Assembly: GCA_010093815.1 (NCBI GenBank) | Contig: ML996565.1 | DNA length: 64,000 nt | Source: Pseudovirgaria hyperparasitica | Lineage: Eukaryota | Strand: one strand, 5' to 3' | Part shown: piece by piece, positions 43,183 to 55,831 of the stretch | Layout: each line of letters begins with the position of its first letter | Position numbering within the stretch: the first letter of the stretch is position 1 | The notes under the pieces: generated by a model | Seen by the model: only the letters and a program-made list of their open reading frames with translations | Databases searched by the model: none | Told to the model about the DNA's origin: nothing | Translations under genes and position numbers: made by a program

Positions 43183-44838
43183 CTACCCTAAAAATCGCCT
43201 CACTTCGCCTCCTACATTCTCAAGGTCCAAGAGAAACGTATCGTGTCCAAATAGACTCTTCTCCTCGCCAAGCTCCACATGCGTTACGTTAAGGTTCCCC
43301 GCCGCACGCAGCGTCGCAGCAACTTCTCTTTGTTGCCATGCAGGGAACAGGATATCACTTGCGACGCCCATCACAAGTGTTGGGATGCTGATGATAGGTC
43401 GGAGACCAGCGACGAGATCTGGGACTGCGCTACCAGGGGCAGTAGAAAATTCGCTGGAGGAGCTTTCCGCGACAGGGTTGGCGTCTTCTTTCTCCTCGTA
43501 TGGAGTTGTGGGGAGCGTAAGGCTGCACAACGTGGCATCCTCCGTTGACGCAGTGCTTCTGCCTGCATTGCCAGCCATATGTTCCGCCAATCGCCTTTGG
43601 TTTTTGACACGCACTTCCGCCATATTATCCCTGCTTGTCTTCCCTAGATCGAACAAATCCATTGCCTTGCTGACGTATAGCAGACTATTCGGGTCGTACT
43701 CTAGACACCACTTTTCGCCAGCGTGGTCTAGGTATGTTTCGATGAGGAAGTCTGGGCACAGCGCGGGTGGCTTGGAGGGGTCGGCGCGGCGTCGACCGAA
43801 GCGTTGCTCCCATTCAGGACCGGATCTGTATGTTACAGTTGCAATCTCGCGCGCGAGCTTCATACCACCATGAGGTGGTATGGCGTCGTAGTAGAAGCCG
43901 CGAGACCAGTGTGGGTCCATCATGAGCACTAAGAAGTCAATGAATGCTTCTGAGGTCTGGAAGGGCGCTCATGTTGACGGCTTACCTTGACGTTGAGTGT
44001 GCCGCATGGCGATGCTGTATGGGTGACTTCGCGCGCAGCCGCTGATACTGACGATGCGTCCGACTTTTTCAGGGAATAACACGCCAGCGGCGAGACTCTG
44101 CATACCTCCCATGCTGCTCCCGACACTGGCGTATAGTTTGTCGATTCCAAGATCTTCTATAAGCCTAAATTGTGCCCGAACCATATCCTGCATGGTCAGA
44201 ATAGGGAACCGTGTAGCGTATCTCTCTCCATTTCCAGGGTCGATCGAGCTAGGCCCTGTACTGCCGTAACAGCCTCCTATTACGTTCGTGCAGATGACAA
44301 AATACTTGTTAGTATCCAATGGAGCCCCAGGGCCTATGAACTTCTCCCACCAACCAGGCTTAGGATTCGCCTCTGTACTGTGCGCATGCGATGAAGCGGA
44401 GAGACCGGTGTGTAGCAGGATCGCATTGCTGCGATCTGTGTTAAGTTCGCCCCATGTCTCGTACGCAACATTAAACTCCGGTAGAATCCCGCCCCAGTCT
44501 AGCAGAAGGGACTCTTTAGAGTGATAGTTCAGGGTTTTGCCAGTGGTGTACGAAGGTTCTGGACCTGACTGCGAACGCCGGGCACTTGTGAGCGTCCTCG
44601 AGCGCGTTTCAACAGCGTCGAGGCATGGGAATGCCATTGGGGGGTTCGTGGGCTCATATCGCGACTCGGGGTCTACAACGGCTGCAGATTGGGACTTTCG
44701 GATCGACTGTTGGTGGATATTGCGCTTGGGTGTTGTCGAATGCCATCGTAACGATCTCTGTGATAGTTGTGTAGAATCACGGAAGCTATGCCGTATGGCG
44801 GGACGTGCCACAGTAACGACGGCTCTCGTGGTGCTCAT
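43183..44838 (-). CDS. cysA: Mitochondrial serine O-succinyl/acetyltransferase (Met2 paralogue, cysA/cys2 type)
   Basis: Arg/Ser-rich presequence; [31 protein letters not shown] and FGHDTFLL; intron 43929-43985. Confidence 0.85.
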
Positions 44839-45119
44839 GGTGCATTGTATATCCTAGAGCATGGTGACAAACCGAGCGAGGGTAGAGAGTATTGTATACG
44901 GCGGTTTCGGCGCATTATAATAGTTACTGACGCCATCTATGCTTGTATAATCAAGATTGGGTACGGTTCGTTACAAGTTCATTGCGTGCTTGCACGTGTC
45001 CAGGTGCCGATTGTCGGTGTTCCGCTCCGCTGCCCAGATTCCCGCTCCGGTGGTTGTTCAGCTCCTTTCACGCTAGATACGGTGGACTTGTACGCAGGCG
45101 TATGCAGTAATGTCGGATA

Positions 45120-46800
45120 GATTTCCAGATTAGGCAACATAGCCTTCTCCTATTATCAAAGGAGTCTTCCATCCAACACAACGTAGTATCATTACATACA
45201 TGTTCAACACGGTAAAGAAAGTAGGGTAATGCAAAATCATGGAAACAGTGAATGCACTCTACCTAAGGATTCTTGAATCAGCATAAGAAAAAATCACCTA
45301 CCATGAGAGCTAATATAATGACTCAGACTAGCTACTCGAGTATCAACACAGGAGGTCTAGTTGCAAATGTAGAGGCATAGTCCACTCTTTAGACCCCATT
45401 CTCTCTAACAAGGCTAATCGAAGATGACGGAGGGGATGAGTCTGGAGCAACTCAACGAAGTATCATGAGAGTCCGTAGGGAATAGAATGGAGGGACCATA
45501 ACTACCTTGGACTCGAAAACACTAGGCATCGTGGTTCTGGACGACGTTTGGCATTATTGGAGCCCATGGCCTACAGCAATGTTTCCAATGATCTTCAAAT
45601 AGCTCAGAGCAGCATATTTCAGCTGACAAGTTCAAGGTAGGTTCATGATGAGGTTTAGTCAGTGTGAGATCAGGCAGTATATAGTAGACCTATAGTAAGT
45701 CTGCGTAGGTATGAGCAAAGACGAAGTTCAAGTCACAACTTTAGGTATATGTGAGTGTTCCGTATATACACGAAGAAATAGATATGAGTGTAGATAAGTG
45801 AGCTGGTTTTCTTCTATCGACCAGTAGGAAGTAGGAGGAATGAGGACTGGGCGATAGAAGGCAGAACAAGCCAAGGGTCGCTCAGGGGCCTCACTAGGGA
45901 TAGGAAAGTGATCTTCAGTGTATAGAGAGAATAGGCGTCGAAACGGGCTTCACCCGTTGGTAAACCAGTAAACCATTCCAAAAGAGTTACTGCACTAAGG
46001 GAGCCTGTTGGTTTGATGAGAACAATGGCATGTGATAAATAATTCACGACAGGAGTAATTAGGCCCTAGCCGAGTAATCTGGGCTTAATAGTAGCGGTCA
46101 TGTTTGAACATGGAGTTTCAGTCTGGACGACTCTAAGTGGTCATCTGATTATATAGAGAGGAGAGATCACCCGCTGTACAGAAACATCGCTCAGTTAAGC
46201 CTGGCTCGTTAAAGGAGATATTGAAGGGGAAGAATAGGCTATAGTTATTACTCGGGCCATTAACTATATATCCGTACCAGATACCAGACAATACACGTAA
46301 GAAGTTCAGACAGCAGAAAGAAGGCGCACTTGCACAAGAACAGCTCAAGAGTAGCGTAGGAGGGAAGCCAAATGGTACTAGCAGCCAGGTGGAAGTATTG
46401 CGTAGGAGGGCTGAGGCGGTATGAAGATCGCAGTGAGATTGTGACAGGAATGGATGATGCTAGAAGCATGAAAATGGAGTCTGCAAGTACTAGAGGCTGG
46501 TAGTGTGGATGCTGGCAGAGGTCAAGATGTGGGACATTCCTGTCAACGACCCTCCTGAGCGGATATGACCTCAGGTCTAGCATGACGACGAGGCAAGCTG
46601 AGCATTCACCAGCCCTCGAGTGTGTCAGAATTGAAGCACGTCTGTCAGAGCCGGCAAGTAAGAACATAAGAGCTCCTGTAGGCACCACCATGACGGCGAC
46701 CGGGCGGCTGCTGATCCATGGTGACCCAACGAGCAGATTCAAGCAGTAGTAACACGGACCTATAAAAACCAATATTGAGAAATGTGTGGTAATTCGAGCA
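45120..46800. other. Gene-free degenerate tract, partly TpA-rich; possible decayed gene or transposon relic
   Basis: About 1.7 kb with no credible spliced gene; frequent TA dinucleotides; purine-rich + strand with interrupted frames at ~46100-46750. Confidence 0.3.
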
Positions 46801-46848
46801 GACGTAGACTAATAGCCTCTGTAAACATACATTAATGCCTCTCTGACT

Positions 46849-48243
46849 TCATATATAGCTAACCTTGACGCCCATCCCAATCGTACGCCGAATCTTGTCC
46901 CATGCATTCGCTATCATTCTCTTTAATCTTTCGCGCAAATCTCGTCTCCCAAAAGCCAACGCCAACGCCAGAAAAAACACCATCATACGAATGAGCGCGA
47001 CTGGATTATTCGTAAGGTCCTGTGTCGATGTGTAAAAAGCAGTTTGCATCGAGCCCATCATCGCTGACGCTCGTTGATAGAAACTGGGCGGCGGCGCAAC
47101 AGGTTTCCGGGCAGCAGGTCTGGAGACGCGCGAAGGGTTGGGATCAGGTGGTTGGCGGCGCCCATTGGAGGTTGCTGAGCGTTTGGTCTTGTCCGAACTG
47201 TCATCGGTGTCTCGGAGGGTGTGTTTGGCTTTGCCCTCGCGCTTCTTCCGTTCCTCTTCCTCTTTCCGAGCTTCCTGCCGCCGTGCCTCGGCCTCGGCCT
47301 CGGCCTCCTGGCGTTTTTGCTCGAGCTGCTCCTGCTGCTGACGTTGCAATTCAGCTTCACGGTTTGCAGCATGCTCCCTTTCTTCCTTCAGGCCGTGAAG
47401 AGCGATCTGGAAAGCCTCCTTTCGCTCATCGTCTAGAAGTTCGCTCATACCAATGAACTCGCGCGCATAGTCCCATTCATCGTTTCTTGGCAGTATGTGA
47501 AGGGTGTATAATTCGAGGAGCTTGAGCTTGGAGTTGAGATCTCGCGGCGTGTTGGTTCCGTTGGTCATAGCATTGGCCGCAGAGTTTCGTCGCCGTGGTG
47601 TCAAAGTCGCCATATGTGAAAAGTCGAAAGTCGGTTGTGCGGTAGAGGATAGATAGTTTTCAAGGCGTTGCTGGTTGAGCTTCTGAGAAGGGGAGTGTGT
47701 AAGTAGAAGAGTGGCCCTAGGTAAGATCAGTAGATATTCTAACAATTCAAGGTGTCGCTGTTCTCACAAGTTGATCACTACTTCGGCATCGACGTCTCCT
47801 TCCGAGCCTCCATAGCCAACCCTAACTACTTCATCCCATACGCTTCCATCGCGACACTTGGCGGCCAATCCTTTCCACCTGACACTTCCAAATGCATGCT
47901 TCCCTTCCTCAGGTCCTAGCTCTATGACTGCATTCAGGAATGTCAGGTAGAAACTCCACACCTTGATCCTCGTGCCCCGTGACGCGGCGGCAATGGGTGC
48001 CGGAGTCGCGACCGTTCCATGCTCTTCGCTATCACCATTCTCAAACTTCTCCGGGGTGATTATAGGCTCAATGGTAGAGAAAGCTTCGGGAAGACGTCTT
48101 GTGAGAAAAAGCTGGGCGGCCTGTCGGTAGGCTTTCGCAATCTGCGAGGCTTGCTGCCGGCTCGATGAAAGCGAGGATATTGAGGATTGTAACAGGCGCG
48201 AAGTCGCCAGCGAGTCGTCGTAGGACATATCTATGGCAGGCAT
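46849..48243 (-). CDS. PEX26: Peroxin 26
   Basis: YRQAAQLFLTRRLPEA, RIKVWSFYLT, LELYTLHILPRNDEWDYAREFI, C-terminal TM and GMGVKVSYI; intron 47717-47767. Confidence 0.88.
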
Positions 48244-48959
48244 GATATGTTTTATCTCATCGCCAGTAGCAATGTGGATTATACAAGAGTCCGTGAAGGC
48301 TGGTGGAAGACGCCTGCTGGCTGGGGGTGGTTCGACCGTGCGAGAAGCCGAGGTTCGCGTTTCTGCTTCCAGCTTCACGAAAGCTTTGCTTGTGAAGTCC
48401 CTAGACACTATATAGGAACAAGCACCGGGGTTCCGTCATGCTATAGTCCTCATCTCCGCTTTATAAAATGGACAACAAATATAATGCTCGTGGTACTGGC
48501 GTTTCTGTGGAGATACATTCGCCGAAATGCAGTTGGTCCGGATTGATGCGTCAGCCTCGCTAATCTAAGGCATCCTACAATTTAATCCACGGATGCCTCA
48601 GTCTTCAGGTGTTAATTTGCCTGCCTAGGTTGCTATTCCCGTCGTGTCGCATACAATATTATATGAACAAGTATCGCAGCCGATACTGTAGTCAAAGGAC
48701 GACGAACAACCATACACACAAAGTTCACTGTGTTGAAAGTGAGTCAACAAGGCGCAAGATACGAAACGCCACTTGTAAGTGATGACACTTAGGTTCTAAT
48801 AAACTCGCATTTTGTCTGTTGCCGGGTAAGCTACGTATTCATTCCAGACGCTCACTCTATTTCCTCTAAATTACTACTGCCCTTTGCTCTACATTCGGCT
48901 GCGCAAGTTCTGACATCTGTCTTGTGGTCTTCCCATGTTCCAGTGGTCCCAAACCAGTC

Positions 48960-50750
48960 ATGGATATCAACCACCTTACCTTTTTGGGTAATTATCTCAA
49001 GATCCTGAAGCACATATCAGATTCGCATTTCGTAGCCATAGATCTCGAGCTTTCCGGCGTCTCAGTCAAGACCAAGAACCGCCGGAAGCAAACTCTCCAG
49101 GAACGTTACGTTGAGACCAAAGCCGCAGCTGAGCAATATCAGATTCTCCAGGTTGGACTCACATGTGTCGAACAAGTGCAAGACCTTGGACTAGATACAT
49201 ACAAATATGTCGTCCGTCCGTATAACATCCAAATCAGCCCGCTGATAGACGAACGCTTGGATCTAGAGCGCACCTTCGCTTTCTCAAGCTCGGCCGTCGA
49301 ATTTCTTCTTTCACACAGTTTTGATATGGCCAAGCCCTTCTATTCCGGTGTTCAGTACCTCTCTCGTACCGAGGACGACCTTGCCATGAAGCTTGCCATG
49401 GACCGTCTTGACCGAGTTCAGCTCGACGACATCCAACTCAGTCCCTCGGATGTTGATTCGATCGCCTTCTTAGACGCCATCCGCTCCATTGTCGGTGCCT
49501 TCGTCAAAAGCGACGACAGAGTTCCATACATTGACATCCTCTCACATGACTCGTTCGCAAAGAAGCAGCCCGAGTTCGGCGAGCTCGGTCAATTCGAGAA
49601 GCGTCTCGTCCACCAGCTTGTCCGCGCCGAATTCCCAGGATATATGACGCTTGGCCGGCGATCTTCAGTGCGCGTGCAACGCATTGACGACTCACGTGAG
49701 GCATCAATCCGGAAATCTAAGAAGCGCGAGATACGCGATAAGATCGGGCGGCAAACGGGGTTCCGATGGGTCATGGAGGCGTTGGCTGCGGACGGCAACC
49801 TACAGAAACTGGATGGGCGGCTGCAACACTTTGCGAAGAACCCTGTCACCGGGGAGTCTGGAGTTGTCGACATTCACGATCTCAATTCGAGATTTCACGA
49901 CGCACATCAGCGGTTGAAGAAGCGAACGCCGGTTCTGGTTGGGCATAATTGCTTCACGGATATGGTGTATCTGTATCAGTGCTTCTTCGGCAGTCTCCCT
50001 GATACCGTGGAAGAGTTTCAGGACGCACTACATGCAGTCTTCCCTTGCATTGTCGACACCAAGTATCTCGCCACGCATGACTGCGGTGATATAAATCCCA
50101 TTTCGTCCCTCCAAGAGACCGAAGAGAAGTTGCGATTACAGGCATATCCGACACTGGAGACGGACGAATTATTCGGAAAATACTCAAACGCCGACCACGG
50201 TGCACTGCTGCACGAGGCAGGCTACGACTCATACCTCACAGCGTTGATCATGGTGCGATTAAGCACACGACTGGACGTGCAGGCAAGCGCAGATAATACG
50301 ACCAAAGAACCAGAAATCTCAGACCAAACCACCGACCCGAAGCAACCAGACGTAGAGCTCTTTGCCGTCAAGTCCACCAAACAACAACACAAAACACAGG
50401 CTTCCAGTTCGAGGGCCACGCTACCATCATCAGCACAATCCTCGGCATCTACGCCTCTTACCAATAGCAAATGCATGCCACCTTTCGCGGACTCGTTCTG
50501 GCAGACATACGGCAACAAGCTCCGCGTCTTCGGCACTGCGGAAGGATTGTGTGAGGTTGGGCCCTGGGAGCAAGAACCGCTTACCAGTGGCAGTGAGGAT
50601 CAATGGGGTGCGGGCGGAGTCAGCCTTGATGAGACTGCTGAGTGGAAGCCGGACGACAGCGGGAAGGACGACGATGAGGCGTTTGCAGAGGACATGAGCA
50701 AGGTGTGGAACACGGTGCAAAGAAAGACAAAGGGAAGGAGAAAGGCTTAG
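48960..50750 (+). CDS. CAF1-family poly(A)-specific ribonuclease (PARN-like)
   Basis: DEDDh motifs VAIDLELSG, LVGHNCFTD, VDTKYLA and LHEAGYDSYLT; R3H-like insert (KRLVHQLVR). Confidence 0.9.
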   Translation: MDINHLTFLGNYLKILKHISDSHFVAIDLELSGVSVKTKNRRKQTLQERYVETKAAAEQYQILQVGLTCVEQVQDLGLDTYKYVVRPYNIQISPLIDERLDLERTFAFSSSAVEFLLSHSFDMAKPFYSGVQYLSRTEDDLAMKLAMDRLDRVQLDDIQLSPSDVDSIAFLDAIRSIVGAFVKSDDRVPYIDILSHDSFAKKQPEFGELGQFEKRLVHQLVRAEFPGYMTLGRRSSVRVQRIDDSREASIRKSKKREIRDKIGRQTGFRWVMEALAADGNLQKLDGRLQHFAKNPVTGESGVVDIHDLNSRFHDAHQRLKKRTPVLVGHNCFTDMVYLYQCFFGSLPDTVEEFQDALHAVFPCIVDTKYLATHDCGDINPISSLQETEEKLRLQAYPTLETDELFGKYSNADHGALLHEAGYDSYLTALIMVRLSTRLDVQASADNTTKEPEISDQTTDPKQPDVELFAVKSTKQQHKTQASSSRATLPSSAQSSASTPLTNSKCMPPFADSFWQTYGNKLRVFGTAEGLCEVGPWEQEPLTSGSEDQWGAGGVSLDETAEWKPDDSGKDDDEAFAEDMSKVWNTVQRKTKGRRKA

Positions 50751-50884
50751 GATCGGGGTCAGGAAGACATCGTCTCGTTATTGATACAGACATATGTTAT
50801 ACCAGCCACTTCGCATGCCCAGATAGCGCCCAACGCGTCGCTGTAATCATAATAACTTACAAGCACCACATCACCCAACAGATT

Positions 50885-52024
50885 CTAACACTGAAACACA
50901 ACCCCCTCCTTCTTGACTACATTCTTCCCACCCCCCGCAAAACCCGTGCCCTCAGTGTTCATCTCCACCAAGCCAGGCCTTATCTTCTCCTTATTCTTTT
51001 TCCCCTCTTCTCTCCCCTCTTTGCTCTTCTTCTCCTTCCGTCCACTTAAATCCGCCTCACACGTATAACATCTTACTTCTCCAACCTTTGCTTCGATATC
51101 ATGCACATCAATCTTTTTCTCTTTATTCATGAATTTCCCCGCACATGGCTTACATACCACATGTCCACACGGTACCGCAAGCACTGCCTTGCTCGCATTG
51201 CTCAGCGTCCGCATACATGCGGGACAAGACCGCTCTGCTCCCTTCGCGCCTTCCTTTTCTTGTGTGTGGAAGCTGACCGTCACGAGTGTTTTGAGGGAGA
51301 GTACGTGCGGCGCATCTGCGGGCGAACTGGGACATATCGGGGCACGCTTGACCGCGGCTTGCGCGGAGGCGTGTGCTTTGGGGAGCTGTGAGGGGAGCCA
51401 GAAGCTCGGCATGTGTTTCGTAGAGCTGCGGGCGCGGTCGTCAAGGGCCAGGCGCGCCGCCTTGCGGTCGTCAGCGGCGACGCGGAGGAGTTCGGCCTCG
51501 TCGATTTCGAATTTGCGCTTTGTGCTTGTGGACGAGGGCGCGTTCTTATTGTCACGCGCGACATCAGCTCTCCTCTCGTGCTGCCGCTCGACTGTAGATC
51601 TGTCGCCTTTCTGTTCCAATCCCCTCTGTACGTCCTCGAACCGCCTCACGCTTTCCAGCCGTGCTGCTTCATCGTCCTCCTTCTCGAGCTCCTCCTCTAG
51701 GGCGCGCCTCTCTTCGCCTGCTCTCTCTACTCTCTTGATCTCCTTTCGCTGCGCGAGCAGATTACTTATCGCGCATTCGCGGCAGAAGAGATCGCCGCGT
51801 GAGGCACATGCTACCGGGTCGACCGCCGGTAGAAGGCAGAGATGGCAGCTGCCAAAGGGGAGAAAGGAGGTCGAGGAGAGGTGTTGGGATTGTGAGCCCC
51901 ATGACGAGGTCAATTGGGAGCGCTCGTGCGCGGTAAAGAAGGCAAGGGATGTGTTGCGTTTGCCTGTGGCATGTTAGTTGAGAGGATGAATTGAAAACGA
52001 GAAGATGCACTTACTATGCGCCAT
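50885..52024 (-). CDS. NOSIP-like RING/U-box protein
   Basis: MAHSKRNTSLAFFT (intron 51964-52014), CHLCLLPAVDPVAC..FCREC, PSFWLP and C-terminal RING CPAC..CGHVVCKPC..CYTC, GTGFAGGG. Confidence 0.88.
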
Positions 52025-52292
52025 GACGGCCGAGTCTTGGAAGTGCGGTTTTGAAAGCACGATCTAGCCAGGCGATGTATTTTGACGAAGTTTAAGTCGC
52101 GTCATCCACGCCTGAGGCATCTCCGCATCATCACTCCCGAGCCCGCCACGATCCAGGATCACCAATCAGAGCGCGTCAAGCACGCATCTGGTAGACCTGC
52201 TTGCGACCGTTGGAATCCTACGTAATTCCCCATCTCTCCCTCTCTCTTCCTTTCCGCTTACTTACCTACTCGAATTCAATGCATTATATCTA

Positions 52293-53606
52293 ATGACCTC
52301 CACGGACGAGCCCCCAGTAGCTCCCAGCCTGCCTTGGCGCGCGAGCTCAATTGCCACCGTTGGCACGATTGGCGCAATCTGTCGCGCATTTCTGTATGGA
52401 CTCAGTTACACCGAGTCGCCAGGCCTAGAGAGGTTCCTGGGGGTGCTGGACGAGAGGAGGGATATAGAAGGGAGGAAGAGAGGGTTGATCACAGGTACGG
52501 CGCTGTGCACAAAGTATGGTATAGAAATGGTAGCTAATGGAATCTCGTAGTTTCAAACCATGTTTCTGTGTATGTGGCTAGGCGTCTGCTGCGCGAGCAA
52601 GAGATGGGGGAGTGATTACTGATGCTGGGGACTAGGTTGGACGATCCGATGATATGGGGTGTACTGCCTATGCGCTACCTGTTGAACCCTAACATGTCGC
52701 GCTGGAGTCTAGGCTCCTACGATCTATGTTTTCAGAACAAGTACGTCTCTCTTCTACCAGACCCCTCAGTCGTCTATCACTCACAGATACAGAGTAACAT
52801 CCACATTCTTCACTCTCGGCCAGGTCCTCCCCACCCACCGCTCCGCCCACTCTTCTCACGGCGGCCTGTTCCAACCGACCATAACTCAAGCAATCCGCCT
52901 TCTCTCCGCTGGACCATATCACAAAAAACTCTCCCAAGCTCCGCCAGACTCACCTGCGTCAAAACCCTCCATATCCCTACTTAGCCCGGACATTGTTGAC
53001 CCCTTCACTTCTGCCGCGCTTACGTACACCACAACGGGCCACGACACATTCCCTGCCCCCTCAGCCTACCTCTCCCGACGACACAGCTGGATCCACATCT
53101 TTCCCGAAGGCAAGATCCACCAGAAAGAAGACCTGACGATGCGATATTTCAAATGGGGCGTGGCACGGCTCATACTGGAGAGCGAGCCGTGTCCAGACCT
53201 GGTTGCGCTGTGGATCGACGGGCCGCAGTGGGCAATGCACGAGGAGAGAGAGTTTCCGCGCTTTGTGCCGCGGCCAGGGAAGAACATTAGCGTTGCGTTC
53301 GGGGACAAAGTAGATATGGACGGGGTGTTTGGGGATTTGAGGGAGAAATGGAAAACATTGAAGGGGAGGAATGGAGGTGAGGGGTTGTTCATGGGGGAAT
53401 TGAACGAAGAATTGAAGTTTGGGCGGGAGGCTGTGGAGTTGAGAGAGGAGTGTACGATGAGGGTGAGGAAGGAGGTGTTGAAAGTGAGACGGCAGATGGG
53501 GTGGCCGGATGAAGATCCAAAGTCGAGCTTGGTAGAGACGTGGCGGCTGGAAGGGGCGAAGGAGGAGGGACGGATGGAAGACGGTAGTATTGTGAAAGAT
53601 ATGTAG
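52293..53606 (+). CDS. TAZ1: Tafazzin (cardiolipin transacylase)
   Basis: RGLITVSNHVSVLDDPMIWG (HxxxxD, via the 19-nt exon 52551-52569), WIHIFPEGKIHQ and RYFKWGVARL; introns 52495-52550, 52570-52635 and 52741-52792. Confidence 0.94.
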
Positions 53607-53804
53607 TAGTAAGGTGGAAGGCAGAATGTTGGTCTGATTCAGTATGATATCTGCGTCACGAGTAAACATGTAACTAAGGTGGGGCTCAACAGGCACCTCA
53701 GGTCGATACTAGACTCGAAGCATCTGATTGGCCACTCCATCGCTTTCCGTTGTTGACTGCTCAGCCAACATAGACCACTTGCGGAGCAAGATTTCTCAAT
53801 CGTT

Positions 53805-53809
53805 GCGGG

Positions 53810-53841
<32 letters not shown>

Positions 53842-53896
53842 TAGCACTTCAGCCTCAAATATCTGAAGGTCACCGGTTCAATCCCGGTTCACCGCA
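53805..53896 (+). tRNA. tRNA-Phe (GAA) with a 19-nt intron at 53842-53860
   Basis: A box TAGCTCAGTTGG; anticodon stem TCAGA/TCTGA around CT-GAA-G; T arm ACCGG-TTCAATC-CCGGT; acceptor GCGGGGA/TCACCGC-A; downstream T runs. Confidence 0.95.
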
Positions 53897-55120
53897 TTCT
53901 CCTTTTGCGATTGTGCTGGTCTTTTTGTTACTACTAATAGTAGTTTTAAGACTGAAAAGATAGCGCTCGGGCTGTGTGGGCTACAAGGATGAAATTTTCG
54001 TGCAGTGGATTCGCTATTTTCGAGATACCACATTGGGATGTGGGTAGGTGGGGGTGGTGGAGATATTACATAAGCGAGCTTTATCCCGTCACCTGCAAGC
54101 CCAGGTCAGTCATTACCTAGGTATTTCACTACCTACCTGGGCACGCGTTGTGAGAACGCGAAGTAACGCGTCACATTATTGGGCTGCACGTGAAAATCCA
54201 GCCAAGCAGTGCCCAGAGTAAGTTATGTTATGTGTCTGCGCCCGAAAAGTAAGTTAGCATCGTCGCGCAAGAAAAGTGAATGCAGAAATGTGCTTATGAG
54301 AAAGGACAGTATGTTCAGATTAGATCAAGTTAACTCGTTCACGGACGGACGAGCGTGCTCGATGGAAAGCAATACACGCTATCCTGCAGAAGGGGAACCA
54401 GAGCGCCAGACACGAATAGTATCAGGCTGATCGGCTTCACGCAACTGCGGACGGCAAAGGCTTGCTTCCACGGCGGGCAGCAGACACGTCCACATGCGCA
54501 GATCGATGATTCGATGACGCAGTCTCCCAACTCATGGTGTATCATCATGACAAGGCTGGCGTGGGAAGGGAGTAGTAGCTTACCAGTGAGTAGGTATAGC
54601 AAGGTATGATGTGGTCCGCTTCGCTGACAGGTGGGTGGCGAGCAGTGCACTTTTTCAGAGCCGCGCCGACGTACAGGGCAGAAGACGCGTTCGTCACAAG
54701 TGAACATAGCCAAAGTCAAGTTCAAATGAGTGAGGAGGAAAAAGACGCTTCAGCACTTCGATGTATGTCGTAGGCGCGTCGCGATCAGATGTAATGAAAG
54801 CTAATTAAGTAATTATTCAGGACCAGTCACCAGCCCGTGATTGATTGTTAGCGTGCGGCAGTTTCTTCACCTCCCACTCAGGCAAGCAAGGCAGGCAGGC
54901 GCGAACGAAAGGGCCAGAAAGCGGATCCAGGGGCTGGGCTTAGCTGGGCTGGGTGGACCAAACACGCCCAACACGCCAAACACGTCAAAGATCAAAAGAA
55001 TTTAAGGAGCCAGTCCGCCGCTCTCGGCCGCTCCCCCTCCCCTCCGTCCACTTTCCATGTTTTTTCTGCCTGAGGAGTTGCCCCTCTTTCTCTCTCTTTC
55101 TCGCTCCTCGCTTCGAGCAC

Positions 55121-55158
55121 CTGACACTCACCTGACACCTGACTGACACCTGACACCT
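55121..55158. repeat. Imperfect CTGACAC(C) microrepeat, 4-5 units
   Basis: ctgacactcacctgacacctgactgacacctgacacc, upstream of the NC2-alpha gene. Confidence 0.7.
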
Positions 55159-55831
55159 TACCCTTGTCTTATGTCAGCTGCTGCCTCAGGTTATTGCTAT
55201 CCGATACCTACCTGTATACCGACCTACCTAGCTAATATCTGATATCCGGTATTAGTTGTCCGATATCCCGTCCCGTCCTGGTTCCTACAGCTACCCTCCG
55301 CTGCTGCAACTATAGCGTTAGCTATAGTACCTTTAGTTGCAGCTGCCGGTACAGCGTACAGCGTACAGCTATAGCTACATCATCCCTAGCTTCAGTACAG
55401 CTATAGGCCCGGGTACTATATACTATACTGCACTATACTGTAGCTTGTCTTCCCAATTCTGGCCGCAAGACCACCTGTACCACCGGTTGTTTGTACCCAT
55501 CTCGACTTCGCTGGACGGCCCGCTTCCCGAGCTGCAACACGCCCGTAGCCAGCAGTGGACACCCCACAAACACACGCTATACGACTATCACCACCAACCA
55601 GAAATTCGCCTGCATCCGTAGTGCTGTAGCTCCTTGTATAAGCCAGTCTCGGTGTCGGTGTGTCGGTGTGTCGCTGCACTGATACTTGATCGATCAGCAA
55701 ATCAACACGTCTGCTCGCTTCCCTGGCCGGCCCCACTGCCCGCCAAACCTGCTACTAGTGTGCCTGTGCTGTCCTTCACTGGACAGGGACAGGTACCAGG
55801 CCTGCCTCCCCCCCAAAATAGCTCTTAAATA

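Noticed and set aside
53805..53896. G5:A68 mismatch in the tRNA-Phe acceptor stem as a sign of a pseudogene or editing
   Set aside because: All other arms are intact, and I recall the same mismatch in Neurospora tRNA-Phe; treated as a normal gene.
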